Origin: Bacillota bacterium
GTDB lineage: Bacteria; Bacillota; Sulfobacillia; JAJZYS01; JAJYTV01
DNA length: 64,000 bases
Direction of reading: 5' to 3'
NCBI GenBank assembly: GCA_021847575.1
Contig: JAJZQO010000002.1
Coordinates: forward strand, 22,829-86,828
Shown here: positions 49,430 through 59,308 of the stretch, one piece after another
How positions within the stretch are numbered: position 1 is the first letter of the stretch
Layout of the letters: each line of letters begins with the position of its first letter
The notes under the pieces: generated by a model
Database searches by the model: none
What the model saw: only the letters and a program-made list of their open reading frames with translations
Told to the model about the DNA's origin: nothing
Program-made: the position numbers and the translations under genes

Positions 49430-50842
49430 ATGCAAAACGACAGGGCAGGACTCGAGACGGGTCTGGCGGAACATCCCTGGCTCGCAGTCGCCACGGTCTG
49501 CCTGGGCGCCGCGATGGCGGCGATCGACGCCAGCATCGTCAACGTGGGCCTGCCCACCATGCAGCACTTCTTCCATACGACCGTCAGCAATGTCGCTTGG
49601 GTGTCGCTCACCTACCTGCTCATCCTCACGACCGTCGTCGTTCTCGCCGGCCGCCTGGCGGACGGTATCGGGCGCTCGCGCATGTACCGCGCGGGCTTTC
49701 TCGTGTTCGGCGTCGCCTCGGCGGGCTGCGGCTTTGCGCCCAGCCTTGGCGTGCTGCTGATCTCCCGCCTGGTCCAGGGCGTGGGCGCGGCGATGCTGCA
49801 GGCGAACTCTGTCGCGATCGTGACGTCGAGCGTTCCCGCGTCGATGCGCGGCCGGGCGATCGGCGTGCAGGGCGCCGCCCAGGCCGTCGGACTCGCTATC
49901 GGACCCGCCATCGGCGGATTCCTCCTTGCGGCCTTTTCCTGGCGCGCCATATTCCTCGTCAACCTGCCGATCGCAGCCCTCGCGCTGATCGTCGGACCGT
50001 ACACCCTGCCGAAGGATCCCGCTAAGCGCACGATGCCGCACGTGGACCCGCTCTCGTCCGTGCTCATGGCCCTCGTGCTCGTGCTCGCGCTCGCCAGCCT
50101 CAACCCCTCGCTGCCTGGCCATCAGTTCTGGTACGCGGAGCTGTTGGCCGCGGTCGTGCTCGGCTACATCTTCGCGCGACGACAGGGGCTCGTGCCGACA
50201 CCGCTGATCGAACCCGAACTCGTCAAGATCCTCAACGTTACGGGCGGGGTCGTGCTGGGCGTTCTCTCGTTCAGCGTCCTCTACGGCGTCATCTTCCTGA
50301 CGCCATACTACCTGCAGGAGGTGCGCCACCTGCCGGCCGCCCGCATGGGCCTCCTGCTCACGGCGATCGCGCTCGCGATGACGGCCGTCGCGCCGTTCGC
50401 CGGAACTTTCGCGGATCGCTTCGGCAACCGCAAGGTGGCCGTGGGCGGCCTGCTCATCCTCACCGCGGGCAGCGTGGCAATCTTCGCGTGGACACCCCTG
50501 ACGAACTTCGCCTGGACGGTTCCTGCGATGGCCTTGATCGGCGCGGGCGCAGGGGTCTTCACGCCGCCCAACAACAGTTCCGTCATGGGTAGCGCGCCGC
50601 CGCATCACCTTGGTGTGACAGGCGGCCTGCTCAACATGGGCCGCTCGATCGGCATGAGCCTTGGACAGGCGCTGGTCGCTAGCCTGTTCGAGCTCGGCTC
50701 CATGCACGGCAGCTACTTCAACGGCTTCCGCGAAGCCATGATACTGGTCCTCGTGATCGCCATCGTGGCCCTGGTGCTGCAGTGGTTCATGCCCAAGGAC
50801 AGCGGCACAGCCGGCCACGACATGCCGTTCCTGCCGGATTGA
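49430..50842 (+). CDS. MFS transporter, DHA2 (14-TMS drug:H+ antiporter) family
   Basis: 470 aa, 14 predicted TM. MFS signature G(R/K)xxD(R/K)xGR between TM2 and TM3 (GRLADGIGRSR). Confidence 0.8.
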   Translation: MQNDRAGLETGLAEHPWLAVATVCLGAAMAAIDASIVNVGLPTMQHFFHTTVSNVAWVSLTYLLILTTVVVLAGRLADGIGRSRMYRAGFLVFGVASAGCGFAPSLGVLLISRLVQGVGAAMLQANSVAIVTSSVPASMRGRAIGVQGAAQAVGLAIGPAIGGFLLAAFSWRAIFLVNLPIAALALIVGPYTLPKDPAKRTMPHVDPLSSVLMALVLVLALASLNPSLPGHQFWYAELLAAVVLGYIFARRQGLVPTPLIEPELVKILNVTGGVVLGVLSFSVLYGVIFLTPYYLQEVRHLPAARMGLLLTAIALAMTAVAPFAGTFADRFGNRKVAVGGLLILTAGSVAIFAWTPLTNFAWTVPAMALIGAGAGVFTPPNNSSVMGSAPPHHLGVTGGLLNMGRSIGMSLGQALVASLFELGSMHGSYFNGFREAMILVLVIAIVALVLQWFMPKDSGTAGHDMPFLPD

Positions 50843-50869
50843 CGGCTCGGGCCGCGCGTTCTGCCGCTG

Positions 50870-51706
50870 TCAGGCGTGCGCGACCAAGGTGAAGAGAACC
50901 ATGACCGCCGTGGCCAGGGCCACCTCCTGGCGTCCCAGCCGGTTCATCTCGAGCCACGGCCCCCCGCTGCCGAGCCACAGATACGCCCGTACCATCTGCG
51001 GCAGGAGCGGCACCGCCGCCCAGATTGGCAGGTAGCCGAACAGGCTGACGACGACGACCCCCACCGTGATCAACGAGGCCGATCCTGCCATGAGGATCGT
51101 CCCCTGCCGCACCTCCTCGGCCTCCATGTGCGTGCGCGCGGCCACGATCTGCAGACGCAGGAAGCCCACTCCGTAGAGGAAGTGCAGCACGAGTCCGAGG
51201 TAAATGATCCACATCGCCATATCCGGCCGCAGCCCTAGCGCCAGCCACGTGCCAGGTACAACGAGCAGTAACCCCCATGTCGCGACCAGCTCGCGCAGGG
51301 TGCGCCATCTCTCGCCCCAGAAGCCGAGCAGGATGGCAACCGCGTAAAAGGGTGCGGCCAGAAACGGAAGCAGGTAGATGGCGGCGTTCCGGGCTTCGCT
51401 GGCTGCGGCCGCTCCGAATGCGCCCGAGAGCAGCAGTTCGCAGAGCAAGACGCCGAGGCAGTTCCAGGCCCGGCCGGGCTCGGACCCGGATACGCGAAGG
51501 AGCCGCTCAAGCGGCTCCTTCGCCATCAGCAGGAGAACCATTGCCGGCAGGAGCCATACGGCCGCCCAGGTGAGGTCGTCCGCCACGGCCAGCGCCGTCA
51601 CGTAGCCCGTGATGAGCATCGACCAGGCGCCATATTCGCGCGGCAGCAGCCACCACAAGCCTTTGCGCGGCGCCGCAGCCCCCCTTATCGCTTGTGCAGT
51701 GTACAT
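50870..51706 (-). CDS. Polytopic membrane protein, hypothetical (YwiC-like?)
   Basis: 278 aa with about 8 hydrophobic helices. No catalytic motifs recognised. Confidence 0.4.
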   Translation of the reverse strand: MYTAQAIRGAAAPRKGLWWLLPREYGAWSMLITGYVTALAVADDLTWAAVWLLPAMVLLLMAKEPLERLLRVSGSEPGRAWNCLGVLLCELLLSGAFGAAAASEARNAAIYLLPFLAAPFYAVAILLGFWGERWRTLRELVATWGLLLVVPGTWLALGLRPDMAMWIIYLGLVLHFLYGVGFLRLQIVAARTHMEAEEVRQGTILMAGSASLITVGVVVVSLFGYLPIWAAVPLLPQMVRAYLWLGSGGPWLEMNRLGRQEVALATAVMVLFTLVAHA

Positions 51707-51716
51707 GCTGACGCCC

Positions 51717-52613
51717 TCACTCCCGCCTGTCGCCCACCTGGGACTGGCTTTCGAATTGCTCGAGGAAGTGGATCACGTCCCGTGTGATCGGGCTCGGTGT
51801 CGACGACCCCGACGTGACGCCGACCGTCGCCTTGCCTTCGAGCCAGCGCGGATCGATGTCGTCCACGCCGTCGACGAGATAGGCCGGGCGCGCTGCCTGC
51901 TCCTTGACCACCTGCACCAGGCGGTTCGAGTTGTTGGAACGCGTGTCGCCCACCACGATGACGAGATCGCAAGCCTCCGCCTGGCGCACGGCCGCCTCCT
52001 GGCGCAGCTGCGTCGCTAGGCAGATCTCGTTGTACACCTCGACCTCGGGGTAGAGTTGCCTGAGCTGCGCGATCGTGGCGTCCGTATCCCAGCGCGAAAG
52101 TGTCGTCTGGGTCACGACGGCGAGTCTCTTCCCGGCCAGGTCCAATTCACGCACATCTTCCGCCGTCTCGATGAGGTGCACACGGTCTGGCGCCTCCCCC
52201 ATCGCGCCCTCGGGCTCCGGGTGGCCGCGACGGCCGATATAGAGGACGGTGTATCCCTCGTCGGCGAGCGTGCGGATGAGGTCATGGGTCTTCGTGACGT
52301 CGGGACAGGTGGCGTCCACGACGTCCAGGCCCTTCTCCGCGGCGCGCCGCCGCACTTCCTGCGAGACGCCATGCGCGGTGAAGATCACCGTGCCTTCGCT
52401 GACACGTTCCAGCAGTTCGAGTCGGTTCTCGCCGTCCAGCGATACGACCCCGTAGCGGTCGAGCTCCTCGACCGCATGGCGGTTATGCACGATCAGACCG
52501 AGGACGAAGATCGGCTTGCGCGTCTTCGGGTCCTCCGCCACCTGCCGCACCAGCTTCTGGGCGTCGACGACGCCGTAACAATAGCCGCGCGGCGTAATCC
52601 TCACGACCTGCAC
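51717..52613 (-). CDS. ispH: 4-hydroxy-3-methylbut-2-enyl diphosphate reductase IspH/LytB
   Basis: VQVVRITPRGYCYGVVDA... with a GTG start after GGGGGGAG. Conserved Cys (CYG, ATCPDV, NSNR). ORF 51717..53072 is over-extended. Confidence 0.8.
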   Translation of the reverse strand: MQVVRITPRGYCYGVVDAQKLVRQVAEDPKTRKPIFVLGLIVHNRHAVEELDRYGVVSLDGENRLELLERVSEGTVIFTAHGVSQEVRRRAAEKGLDVVDATCPDVTKTHDLIRTLADEGYTVLYIGRRGHPEPEGAMGEAPDRVHLIETAEDVRELDLAGKRLAVVTQTTLSRWDTDATIAQLRQLYPEVEVYNEICLATQLRQEAAVRQAEACDLVIVVGDTRSNNSNRLVQVVKEQAARPAYLVDGVDDIDPRWLEGKATVGVTSGSSTPSPITRDVIHFLEQFESQSQVGDRRE

Positions 52614-52635
52614 CGGCGAACTCCCCCCAAAGCCG

Positions 52636-53613
52636 TCAGCGTGCGAGAGCGCGCCTAGCCCACTCATAGGCGTAATAGGTGACGATGAAGCGGGCACCTG
52701 CCCGCTTAAAGGCCACAAGCGACTCGCCCACCACTTGGTCGCGGTCGAGCCAGCCGCGCTCGGCGGCCGCTTCCAGCATGGCATATTCGCCTGACACTTG
52801 GTAGGCCCCGACCGGCACCTGGGCCTCACTCGCCACCTTCGCCAGAATGTCGAGATAGGGCATCCCGGGCTTGACGAGAAGCATGTCGGCACCTTCGGCC
52901 ACATCGAGGCGCGCCTCGCGCAGCGCGTCGCGTCCGTTGCGGAAGTCCATCTGGTAGCCCGAACGATCGCCGTGCTGCGGCGCCGACCCGGCCGCCTCGC
53001 GGAAGGGGCCGTAGAATCCCGAGCGGTACTTGACGGCGTACGACAGGATGGCTGTCTGGCTGAAGCCCGCACTGTCGAGACCTGCGCGCAGTGCCGCGAC
53101 CCGCCCGTCCATCATGTCGGAAGGGGCGATCACGTCCGCCCCGGCCTCCGCTTGGCTGACCGCCGCGGCCGCGAGCAGAGGCAGGGTCGCGTCGTTGTCC
53201 ACGCTGCCGTCCTCGCGCAGTACCCCGCAGTGGCCGTGGTTTGTATATTCGCACAGGCAGGTGTCCGCCATCACCAGGAGGTCTGGTACCGCCTGCTTGA
53301 TGCGGCGCGTCGCGTCCTGGACCGGCGCGTCGAGGCGAGCGGCCCAGCTGCCTGCGGAGTCCTTCTCCGGCGGAATGCCGAAAAGCAGCACTGCCGGCAC
53401 ACCCGCACGGTAGATGGCTTCGGCCTCCTTGGCGGCCTCGTCGGCAGAGAGATGCTCCTGTCCCGGCAGGGATGAGATCGGACGGCGGACACCCTGCCCC
53501 GGCACGACGAACAGCGGCTGGACGAGGTCCTTGGCCCTGATGTCCCATTCCGCCACGAGGTCGCGCATCGCTCGGCTCGCCCGCAGTCGCCTGGGACGTT
53601 CGATCAGCTTCAT
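52636..53613 (-). CDS. hemB: Porphobilinogen synthase (delta-aminolevulinic acid dehydratase)
   Basis: MKLIERPRRLRASRAMRDLV... with a GAAGGAG RBS. Metal-binding Cys cluster CLCEYTNHGHCG. Confidence 0.85.
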   Translation of the reverse strand: MKLIERPRRLRASRAMRDLVAEWDIRAKDLVQPLFVVPGQGVRRPISSLPGQEHLSADEAAKEAEAIYRAGVPAVLLFGIPPEKDSAGSWAARLDAPVQDATRRIKQAVPDLLVMADTCLCEYTNHGHCGVLREDGSVDNDATLPLLAAAAVSQAEAGADVIAPSDMMDGRVAALRAGLDSAGFSQTAILSYAVKYRSGFYGPFREAAGSAPQHGDRSGYQMDFRNGRDALREARLDVAEGADMLLVKPGMPYLDILAKVASEAQVPVGAYQVSGEYAMLEAAAERGWLDRDQVVGESLVAFKRAGARFIVTYYAYEWARRALAR

Positions 53614-54701
53614 GTGGATGTCACTCCTTCGGACGAGCCCTTGGGGCCTGGGAGTACCTGCCGGAGCGCGGCAAGAATCGCTGCAAGTCCGGGCGATGCG
53701 GCCTGTGCGGCCGGCGCCAGCCCCAACTCGAGGCATGCGGCTCGGGTCGTGGGGCCGATCGCGACGGTCGGCACGCCGTTCAGAAAACCCCGCGGCAGGG
53801 CCGACACGGCCCCTTGCACTGCCGACGGGCTGTAGAACACCGCCGCGTCGGGTGGCCCAGTGTTCACGAGCGCCGCGGCTTGGACTTTGTCCGCCTGACG
53901 CACGGTCCGGTAGAGCGGCACGGCATCGCTCCGCAGTCCCAGTTCCCCAAGCGCCGCGAGCAAGGCCTGGTCGACGGGATCCGGACCGAGCAAGAGCGCC
54001 CGGTCCCCTGGGCGCACGCGGCCGGCCAGCTGCGCGGCGAGACCTGATGCCGTACCTTCGCGGGCAATCTCGGCGAGAAGTCCCCTGGCCCGCAGGGAAA
54101 GCGCCGTCGCGGGACCCACGGCCAGGAGGCGCGCATCGCCCAGACGCCGCACATCCATGGCTTTCGCGTCCAGCGCGGCGAAAAAATTCTGTACCGCGTT
54201 CTGGCTCGTGAAGAGCATGTAGCGGTAGGTTCCGAGACGCTCGAGCGCGCCCTCGAGTGGCGATGCGTCAACTGCCGGCTCGATGCTGAGGGCAGCCAGC
54301 AGGACGGGTTCGGCGCCGCGCAAGCGCAATGCGCCGAGCAGCGCGCCGGCCTGCGCCGCCGCACGGGTCACCAGGACACGGCGGCCGGCGTAGGGCGGAG
54401 GCTGAACCATGGGGCCGCAGGGCCCAAGCGTCGGCAGACTCACCACCGCGTGACCCTGCCCGAGAAAGGACTCGGCCTCGGCGGCCAGCGCCTCCGAAGG
54501 GCCATAGAGGCGCGCCACGACGCCCTCGCGGCGCTGCATGACCAGCGCGGGCGGAACAACCTGCGCCTGCGGGCGCAGGTAGAGTTCGAGCGACGCGGGC
54601 AAGGCCGCGGCGCTTGACACGATCGGTGCGGCATCGAGCAGTTCGCCGAGGAGAGGCGTCGCTGACGGGTCCCAATAGGCGTAGAAAACCTCAAGGGCCA
54701 T
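53610..54701 (-). CDS. hemD: Uroporphyrinogen-III synthase HemD with an ~100-aa N-terminal extension of unknown function
   Basis: The C-terminal ~255 aa (RRVLVTRAAAQAG...) has the HemD two-lobe pattern. ATGA overlap with hemB; the start overlaps the hemC stop by 11 nt. The alternative internal start MVQPPPYAGRRVLVTR would give a standalone HemD. Confidence 0.6.
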   Translation of the reverse strand: MALEVFYAYWDPSATPLLGELLDAAPIVSSAAALPASLELYLRPQAQVVPPALVMQRREGVVARLYGPSEALAAEAESFLGQGHAVVSLPTLGPCGPMVQPPPYAGRRVLVTRAAAQAGALLGALRLRGAEPVLLAALSIEPAVDASPLEGALERLGTYRYMLFTSQNAVQNFFAALDAKAMDVRRLGDARLLAVGPATALSLRARGLLAEIAREGTASGLAAQLAGRVRPGDRALLLGPDPVDQALLAALGELGLRSDAVPLYRTVRQADKVQAAALVNTGPPDAAVFYSPSAVQGAVSALPRGFLNGVPTVAIGPTTRAACLELGLAPAAQAASPGLAAILAALRQVLPGPKGSSEGVTST

Positions 54702-55611
54702 CCGCGGCCGCCCCCCCGAGTATCCGCCCAGCGCCGCCCAGCAGGAGCTGTTTCGCCGCCTCGCGCCCGAGCTCTTCCGCCTGCTCGCCTTCAAGACTGA
54801 CGCGCATCGCAACGCCGCCGTCGGGCGCGAACACCCCCGCGGTCAGGACGAGACGGGGGCCCTGGCGTCGCGCCAAGGCTCCCACCGGCAGGCTGCAGCC
54901 GCTGCCGAGTTCCCTCAGTACGGTGCGCTCGCAGAGCGCGACCTCCTCCGTCAGCGCATGGCTGACGCCTCTCAGCCATGGCAGGATGTCCGTCCGACCT
55001 TCGGCCGCCTCGACGGCAATGATGCCCTGCGCCGGTGCCCCCAGCACCTCGTCCGGCTCCAGGTACTGGGCGATCGCGGCAGCGCGACCGTCCCGCAAGA
55101 GGCCTGCGGCAGCCATGACGAGCGCATCGTACTCGCCATCGGCGAGCTTGCGCAGTCGCGTCCCGACATTGCCACGTACGTCGGCGACCTGGAGGTCCGG
55201 CCGGAGGTGCAGGAGCTGTGCCTGTCGTCTGGGACTCGACGTGCCGACGCGCGCGCCGTAAGGCAGGCTGGCAAGTGTCAGGCCCTGCGGACCCACAAGC
55301 GCATCGCGCGGGTCCTCGCGCGGCAAGAGCGCCGCAATGACGAGGCCATGCGCCAGTTCGGTCGGCAGGTCCTTGAGGCTGTGCACAGCGACATCGGCCT
55401 CACCGCGCCTGAGCATCGCCTCGATCTCCTGCGTGAACACGCCCTTGCCGCCGATGCGGCTAAGACCGACGTCCTGCCTGACGTCGCCTTCGGTCTCGAC
55501 CTCGACGTAATGGATATCGGCCTGCGGCTCGGCTGCCGCGAGCGCAGCGCCAAACAGCTCGGCCTGCCTTTTGGCAAGAGGGCTGCGCCGCGAGGCGATG
55601 CGGACCTCCAT
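54691..55611 (-). CDS. hemC: Hydroxymethylbilane synthase (porphobilinogen deaminase)
   Basis: MEVRIASRRSPLAKRQAE... with the dipyrromethane cofactor Cys region. 306 aa. Confidence 0.85.
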   Translation of the reverse strand: MEVRIASRRSPLAKRQAELFGAALAAAEPQADIHYVEVETEGDVRQDVGLSRIGGKGVFTQEIEAMLRRGEADVAVHSLKDLPTELAHGLVIAALLPREDPRDALVGPQGLTLASLPYGARVGTSSPRRQAQLLHLRPDLQVADVRGNVGTRLRKLADGEYDALVMAAAGLLRDGRAAAIAQYLEPDEVLGAPAQGIIAVEAAEGRTDILPWLRGVSHALTEEVALCERTVLRELGSGCSLPVGALARRQGPRLVLTAGVFAPDGGVAMRVSLEGEQAEELGREAAKQLLLGGAGRILGGAAADGP

Positions 55612-55679
55612 TCCATCACCCCCACCTGGCCAATGCACCGGGCCGAGCCCGGCTCGGCGCCAGCGAGAAATCCCCGTGC

Positions 55680-56960
55680 TCAGGCCTCCTGCGGCCAGTC
55701 GGGGCCGTCGAGCCGGAACATCTCCGCCGCAAGGCGCAGGCAGTTCTCGCCATCGTCCCGCAGCGCACACTCTTTCAGTGCCAGCGTGGGATCGTTGAGC
55801 AACTTGTTCACAATGCGCGAAGCCAGCTGCTCGATCACCTGCTTTTCGCTGTCGGGGACCTCACCCAAGCGCCGGAACGCCCGCCGCAACTCGGCTTCGC
55901 GTACCTCGTCCGCCTTGCCGCGCAAGGAGCGGATGAGCGGTAGAGCCTGTCGCTCGCAACGGCGGCGTTCGAAATCCGCCGCGGCGGCCAGGACGACGGT
56001 CTGCGCCGCGGCGGCCGCCTGCAGCCGCTGCTGGCGCTGCGCGAGGCTGATCGCGGAGAGGTCGTCGAGCCCGTACAGTTCCGCACCAGGCAATGCCCCG
56101 CACCCAAGCTCGATATCGCGCGGCAACGACAGGTCGACCAGTAGCATTCGCCGGCCGCCTCGCCTGCGCATGGCCTCGCGCAGATCCTTGGCATATAAAA
56201 CCTCGTGTGGCGCACCCGTCGAACTCAGGACGACATCGGCCTGCGCGAGGTAGTCGTCGATCTCCGCCCAGCCGATGGCCACGCCACCCGCCTCCCGCGC
56301 GAGCGCCGAAGCCCTCTGGCGGGTCCTGTTCGCGATCACGAGGCGCACGTCGCCCGCTTCGCGCAGGTGCTCGCAGCAGAGTCGCGCCACTTCGCCAGCG
56401 CCGATCAACAGTACGGTGCGGCCTGAGAGATCCGGGAACGTGCGTTTGGCCAGGGCGACGGCAGCGCTGCCCACGGAGACCGGATGGTGGTCCATGCCCG
56501 TCTCACGGTGCGCCCGCCGGGCCGCGGCAAGGGCCGCCTGCACGAGCATGCTCAGTTCCTTGCCGACGGCGCCCGCGGCGGCGGCCTGCTGGAAGGCCTG
56601 CTTGACCTGGCCAAGGATCTGCGTCTCGCCGATGAGCTGCGCCTCGAGGCCCGCCGCGACCAGGAACAGATGACGCACGACATCCTGTCCGTCGAGGCGG
56701 AAGGCGTAGCGCCCCAGCACCGGTGTGGGCGTCTGGGTCACCGTGGCGAACACCGTCTGGAGCAGGGGGGCAACCTCGTCTACGACGCCGAAAGCGTAGA
56801 TCTCGCTGCGGTTGCAGGTATGAAGCACGAAGGCCTCCTGCGCCACCTCGAGCACGCGTCTATAGACCTCGTCGATATGCGGCTCGAGCGACAGGCGACC
56901 CCGCATGTCGAGATCGGTCCCCTGGTGGCTGACGCCGAGAAAGGTCCAGCCCGTCTTCAT
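55680..56960 (-). CDS. hemA: Glutamyl-tRNA reductase
   Basis: MKTGWTFLGVSHQ...HTCNRSEIY catalytic-Cys motif, then NADPH-binding and dimerisation domains. 426 aa. Confidence 0.85.
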   Translation of the reverse strand: MKTGWTFLGVSHQGTDLDMRGRLSLEPHIDEVYRRVLEVAQEAFVLHTCNRSEIYAFGVVDEVAPLLQTVFATVTQTPTPVLGRYAFRLDGQDVVRHLFLVAAGLEAQLIGETQILGQVKQAFQQAAAAGAVGKELSMLVQAALAAARRAHRETGMDHHPVSVGSAAVALAKRTFPDLSGRTVLLIGAGEVARLCCEHLREAGDVRLVIANRTRQRASALAREAGGVAIGWAEIDDYLAQADVVLSSTGAPHEVLYAKDLREAMRRRGGRRMLLVDLSLPRDIELGCGALPGAELYGLDDLSAISLAQRQQRLQAAAAAQTVVLAAAADFERRRCERQALPLIRSLRGKADEVREAELRRAFRRLGEVPDSEKQVIEQLASRIVNKLLNDPTLALKECALRDDGENCLRLAAEMFRLDGPDWPQEA

Positions 56961-57670
56961 TCCGCTGCAACCCCCTGGTGGATGGCGACAGAGCCGAGGG
57001 TTAGGGGCCAAGTTTCGACCTTCTCGAATCCCGCCCCGCGATAGAGGTCAGCCAGAGCCGCGCGGCCCGGAAACCTGCGATGGGACTCGGGCAGCCAGGC
57101 ATAGGCCGCGCCACCGCGGCCCGCGAGCCGTCCGAGGACCGGCACGATGCCGTAGAAAAACAGCTTGAAGCCGAAGAAGTAAAGGGGATTGGTCGGGCGC
57201 GAGACCTCGAGCGACAAGGCGCGTCCCCCAGGACGCAGCACGCGGCGCATCTCCTTCAGCGCGGTCGGCAGATCGGGGAAGTTGCGCAGGCCGAAACCGC
57301 ATGTCACGAGGTCGAAGCTCGCGTCGGGGAAGGGCAGTTGCAGAGCGTTGCCCTCGACGAGTTCTATGCGCGAGGCAAGACCGCGCTCGGCGACCTTGCG
57401 CTCCGCGACCTCGAGCATGTCGTGGCTGAGGTCCAGGCCCGTGACGTGCACCCCTGGCGCAAGTTGTGCAATCATGATCGCAAGGTCGCCTGTGCCAGTG
57501 GCGAGGTCAAGACACCGCTCGCCATCCACGGGCGAGACCTGTTCGAGGAACCTGCGCTGCCACCTGCCCCATTGGCCAAGCGTGATCACGCGGTTCATCG
57601 GGTCGTAGACTTGCGCGATGTCGCCGAAGATGCGTCGGATCTTGGCGTCATGCGGTTCGTGGCGGGCCAA
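56957..57670 (-). CDS. menG: Demethylmenaquinone/ubiquinone methyltransferase (UbiE/MenG)
   Basis: IFGDIAQVYDPMNRVITLGQ...LDLATGTGDLA (SAM motif I). 237 aa with a TTG start after GGGAGG. The stop overlaps the hemA start (ATGA). Confidence 0.75.
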   Translation of the reverse strand: MARHEPHDAKIRRIFGDIAQVYDPMNRVITLGQWGRWQRRFLEQVSPVDGERCLDLATGTGDLAIMIAQLAPGVHVTGLDLSHDMLEVAERKVAERGLASRIELVEGNALQLPFPDASFDLVTCGFGLRNFPDLPTALKEMRRVLRPGGRALSLEVSRPTNPLYFFGFKLFFYGIVPVLGRLAGRGGAAYAWLPESHRRFPGRAALADLYRGAGFEKVETWPLTLGSVAIHQGVAAE

Positions 57671-57687
57671 GACGGCGCCTCCCAACT

Positions 57688-57999
57688 TCAACTTTCCCGC
57701 CCGGGCTGTGCAGGATCCCGCGCAAGCACATAAACGCGGCGGCCCGAGACAGGGTGCTGCCAGACTTCGACCGTGCGTCGGCTGGTGGGATCGACAAAGC
57801 GTTCGCCGGCAAAGACGAATCCATCGGGTGGATCCGCAAGCTCCGGCTGGTAGCGCGGGCCGACCAGCAGGCCCGCCAGCAGCAGAAGAAGTCCCATACC
57901 GGCCAGGTACGCCGCAGCAAACGCTCCCGTCGCGAGGAACCAAACGAGCCCTGTCGCGAGCAGCAGCCCACCGACCAAGAGAAACCAGCGATTGCGCAT
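57688..57999 (-). CDS. Small membrane protein (2 TM), hypothetical
   Basis: About 103 aa. GGAGG RBS. Immediately upstream of menG. Confidence 0.4.
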   Translation of the reverse strand: MRNRWFLLVGGLLLATGLVWFLATGAFAAAYLAGMGLLLLLAGLLVGPRYQPELADPPDGFVFAGERFVDPTSRRTVEVWQHPVSGRRVYVLARDPAQPGRES

Positions 58000-58156
58000 G
58001 TCGAGATGCCTCCACGGCAACCTGGCCGATTCCTTCGACAGTTTAGCACAGGCACGGCAACAGCGTGGGTCGAAGCGCTCGCCAAGTGCTGGACACTGCG
58101 CTATATTGACCCCATCGGCCAGGCGTCAGCCCAATTCGTAATTGTGAGGCAGCCCC

Positions 58157-59308
58157 ATGTTACAAAGGCGACTTCGGCCGCTTATCGGTTGCGCAATGGC
58201 TGTGCTCACCCTCAGCGCCTGCGGTGCCCCAACGCACGGAGCGGCCCAAAAATCGCACACCAAGGCCCATCATTCAACGCACACGGCGATTGCGGCGGGC
58301 ACACCTGTCGACGTGGACGGTTACACGACCTATCTCCCCGCCGACGTACTTGCGGATACGCCAGGCATCGTCGCGGCGTTGACGCCATACGGCCTGGTCT
58401 GGAGTTCCTACGCCGCGTCCATCGACGTCGGCGGCACACTCACGATGCCGCACCCCTACACCGTCGAACTGTCGCCGTCGCCAGGCAGTGGACCACTCAG
58501 CCGCGGCGCGCGGCCGCTGGCGTCGCTGCCCAACAGGGTTGGCGGCCAGAGTGCCGACCTGCACTTCGTCGGTGCGAGCGGGCCGTACATCGGATTCACC
58601 CTCGACGTGGCAGGCACAGCGACCACGCTTGCAGCAGGAATGCTCGATCTGGCCACGGGCAAGGTGCGCATGGCGCCGCAGGGCCTCGCGACCGACGCCG
58701 GCGTCATCGTCGGTGGAGAGCGCATGGGCATCCTCGCCCCAACCGCGACATACGTCTTCGACCCGAAGAGCGGGCAGGTGACGGGCTATCCCGCGGACGA
58801 CGCCTCCTACCTCTGGGTCGACCTCGCTTACGGCGAGGCGGTCGGCACGCAAACGGTGCCCGATCCGCCACAGCCCGGCGTCGCTGCCTACCCGGCCGGC
58901 AATTCGGTCATCTACGCGCCGCCACGTTGGCAGGAATCGAGCCGCCAACTCGGCGGCGACTTCACGATCTGGCGCGTCGTCAACCCCGCGGATCCGTCGG
59001 CCTTGGTCGAGGTGGAGACCGCCCCTTGCATTGGTTGCAGCGTCGTAAGTCTCACGGCCGGGGCCCTGCCCGCCCCGAAGGTGATCCTGCCGGACGGCGC
59101 GGGCTCCCCGCAGGTCGCGGAGCGCTGGCTCAGCGATTACGCAATCGCCTACCACGGCTCGGTCAAGGGCTACCGCTATCCTGTCTTCGGCCTCGCCATC
59201 GCGCCCAGGCCCGGACAGAGCGGCTTCGCGGAGATCGTCGTCTCCCTGCCGGCAGCGGAGTTCCGTCTGGCTCAAGCGATTCTCGCGAGTTATCCCTTGC
59301 CGCGCTGA
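58157..59308 (+). CDS. Putative lipoprotein, hypothetical
   Basis: 383 aa. Signal peptide with the lipobox LTLSAC. No recognisable enzymatic motif. Confidence 0.5.
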   Translation: MLQRRLRPLIGCAMAVLTLSACGAPTHGAAQKSHTKAHHSTHTAIAAGTPVDVDGYTTYLPADVLADTPGIVAALTPYGLVWSSYAASIDVGGTLTMPHPYTVELSPSPGSGPLSRGARPLASLPNRVGGQSADLHFVGASGPYIGFTLDVAGTATTLAAGMLDLATGKVRMAPQGLATDAGVIVGGERMGILAPTATYVFDPKSGQVTGYPADDASYLWVDLAYGEAVGTQTVPDPPQPGVAAYPAGNSVIYAPPRWQESSRQLGGDFTIWRVVNPADPSALVEVETAPCIGCSVVSLTAGALPAPKVILPDGAGSPQVAERWLSDYAIAYHGSVKGYRYPVFGLAIAPRPGQSGFAEIVVSLPAAEFRLAQAILASYPLPR

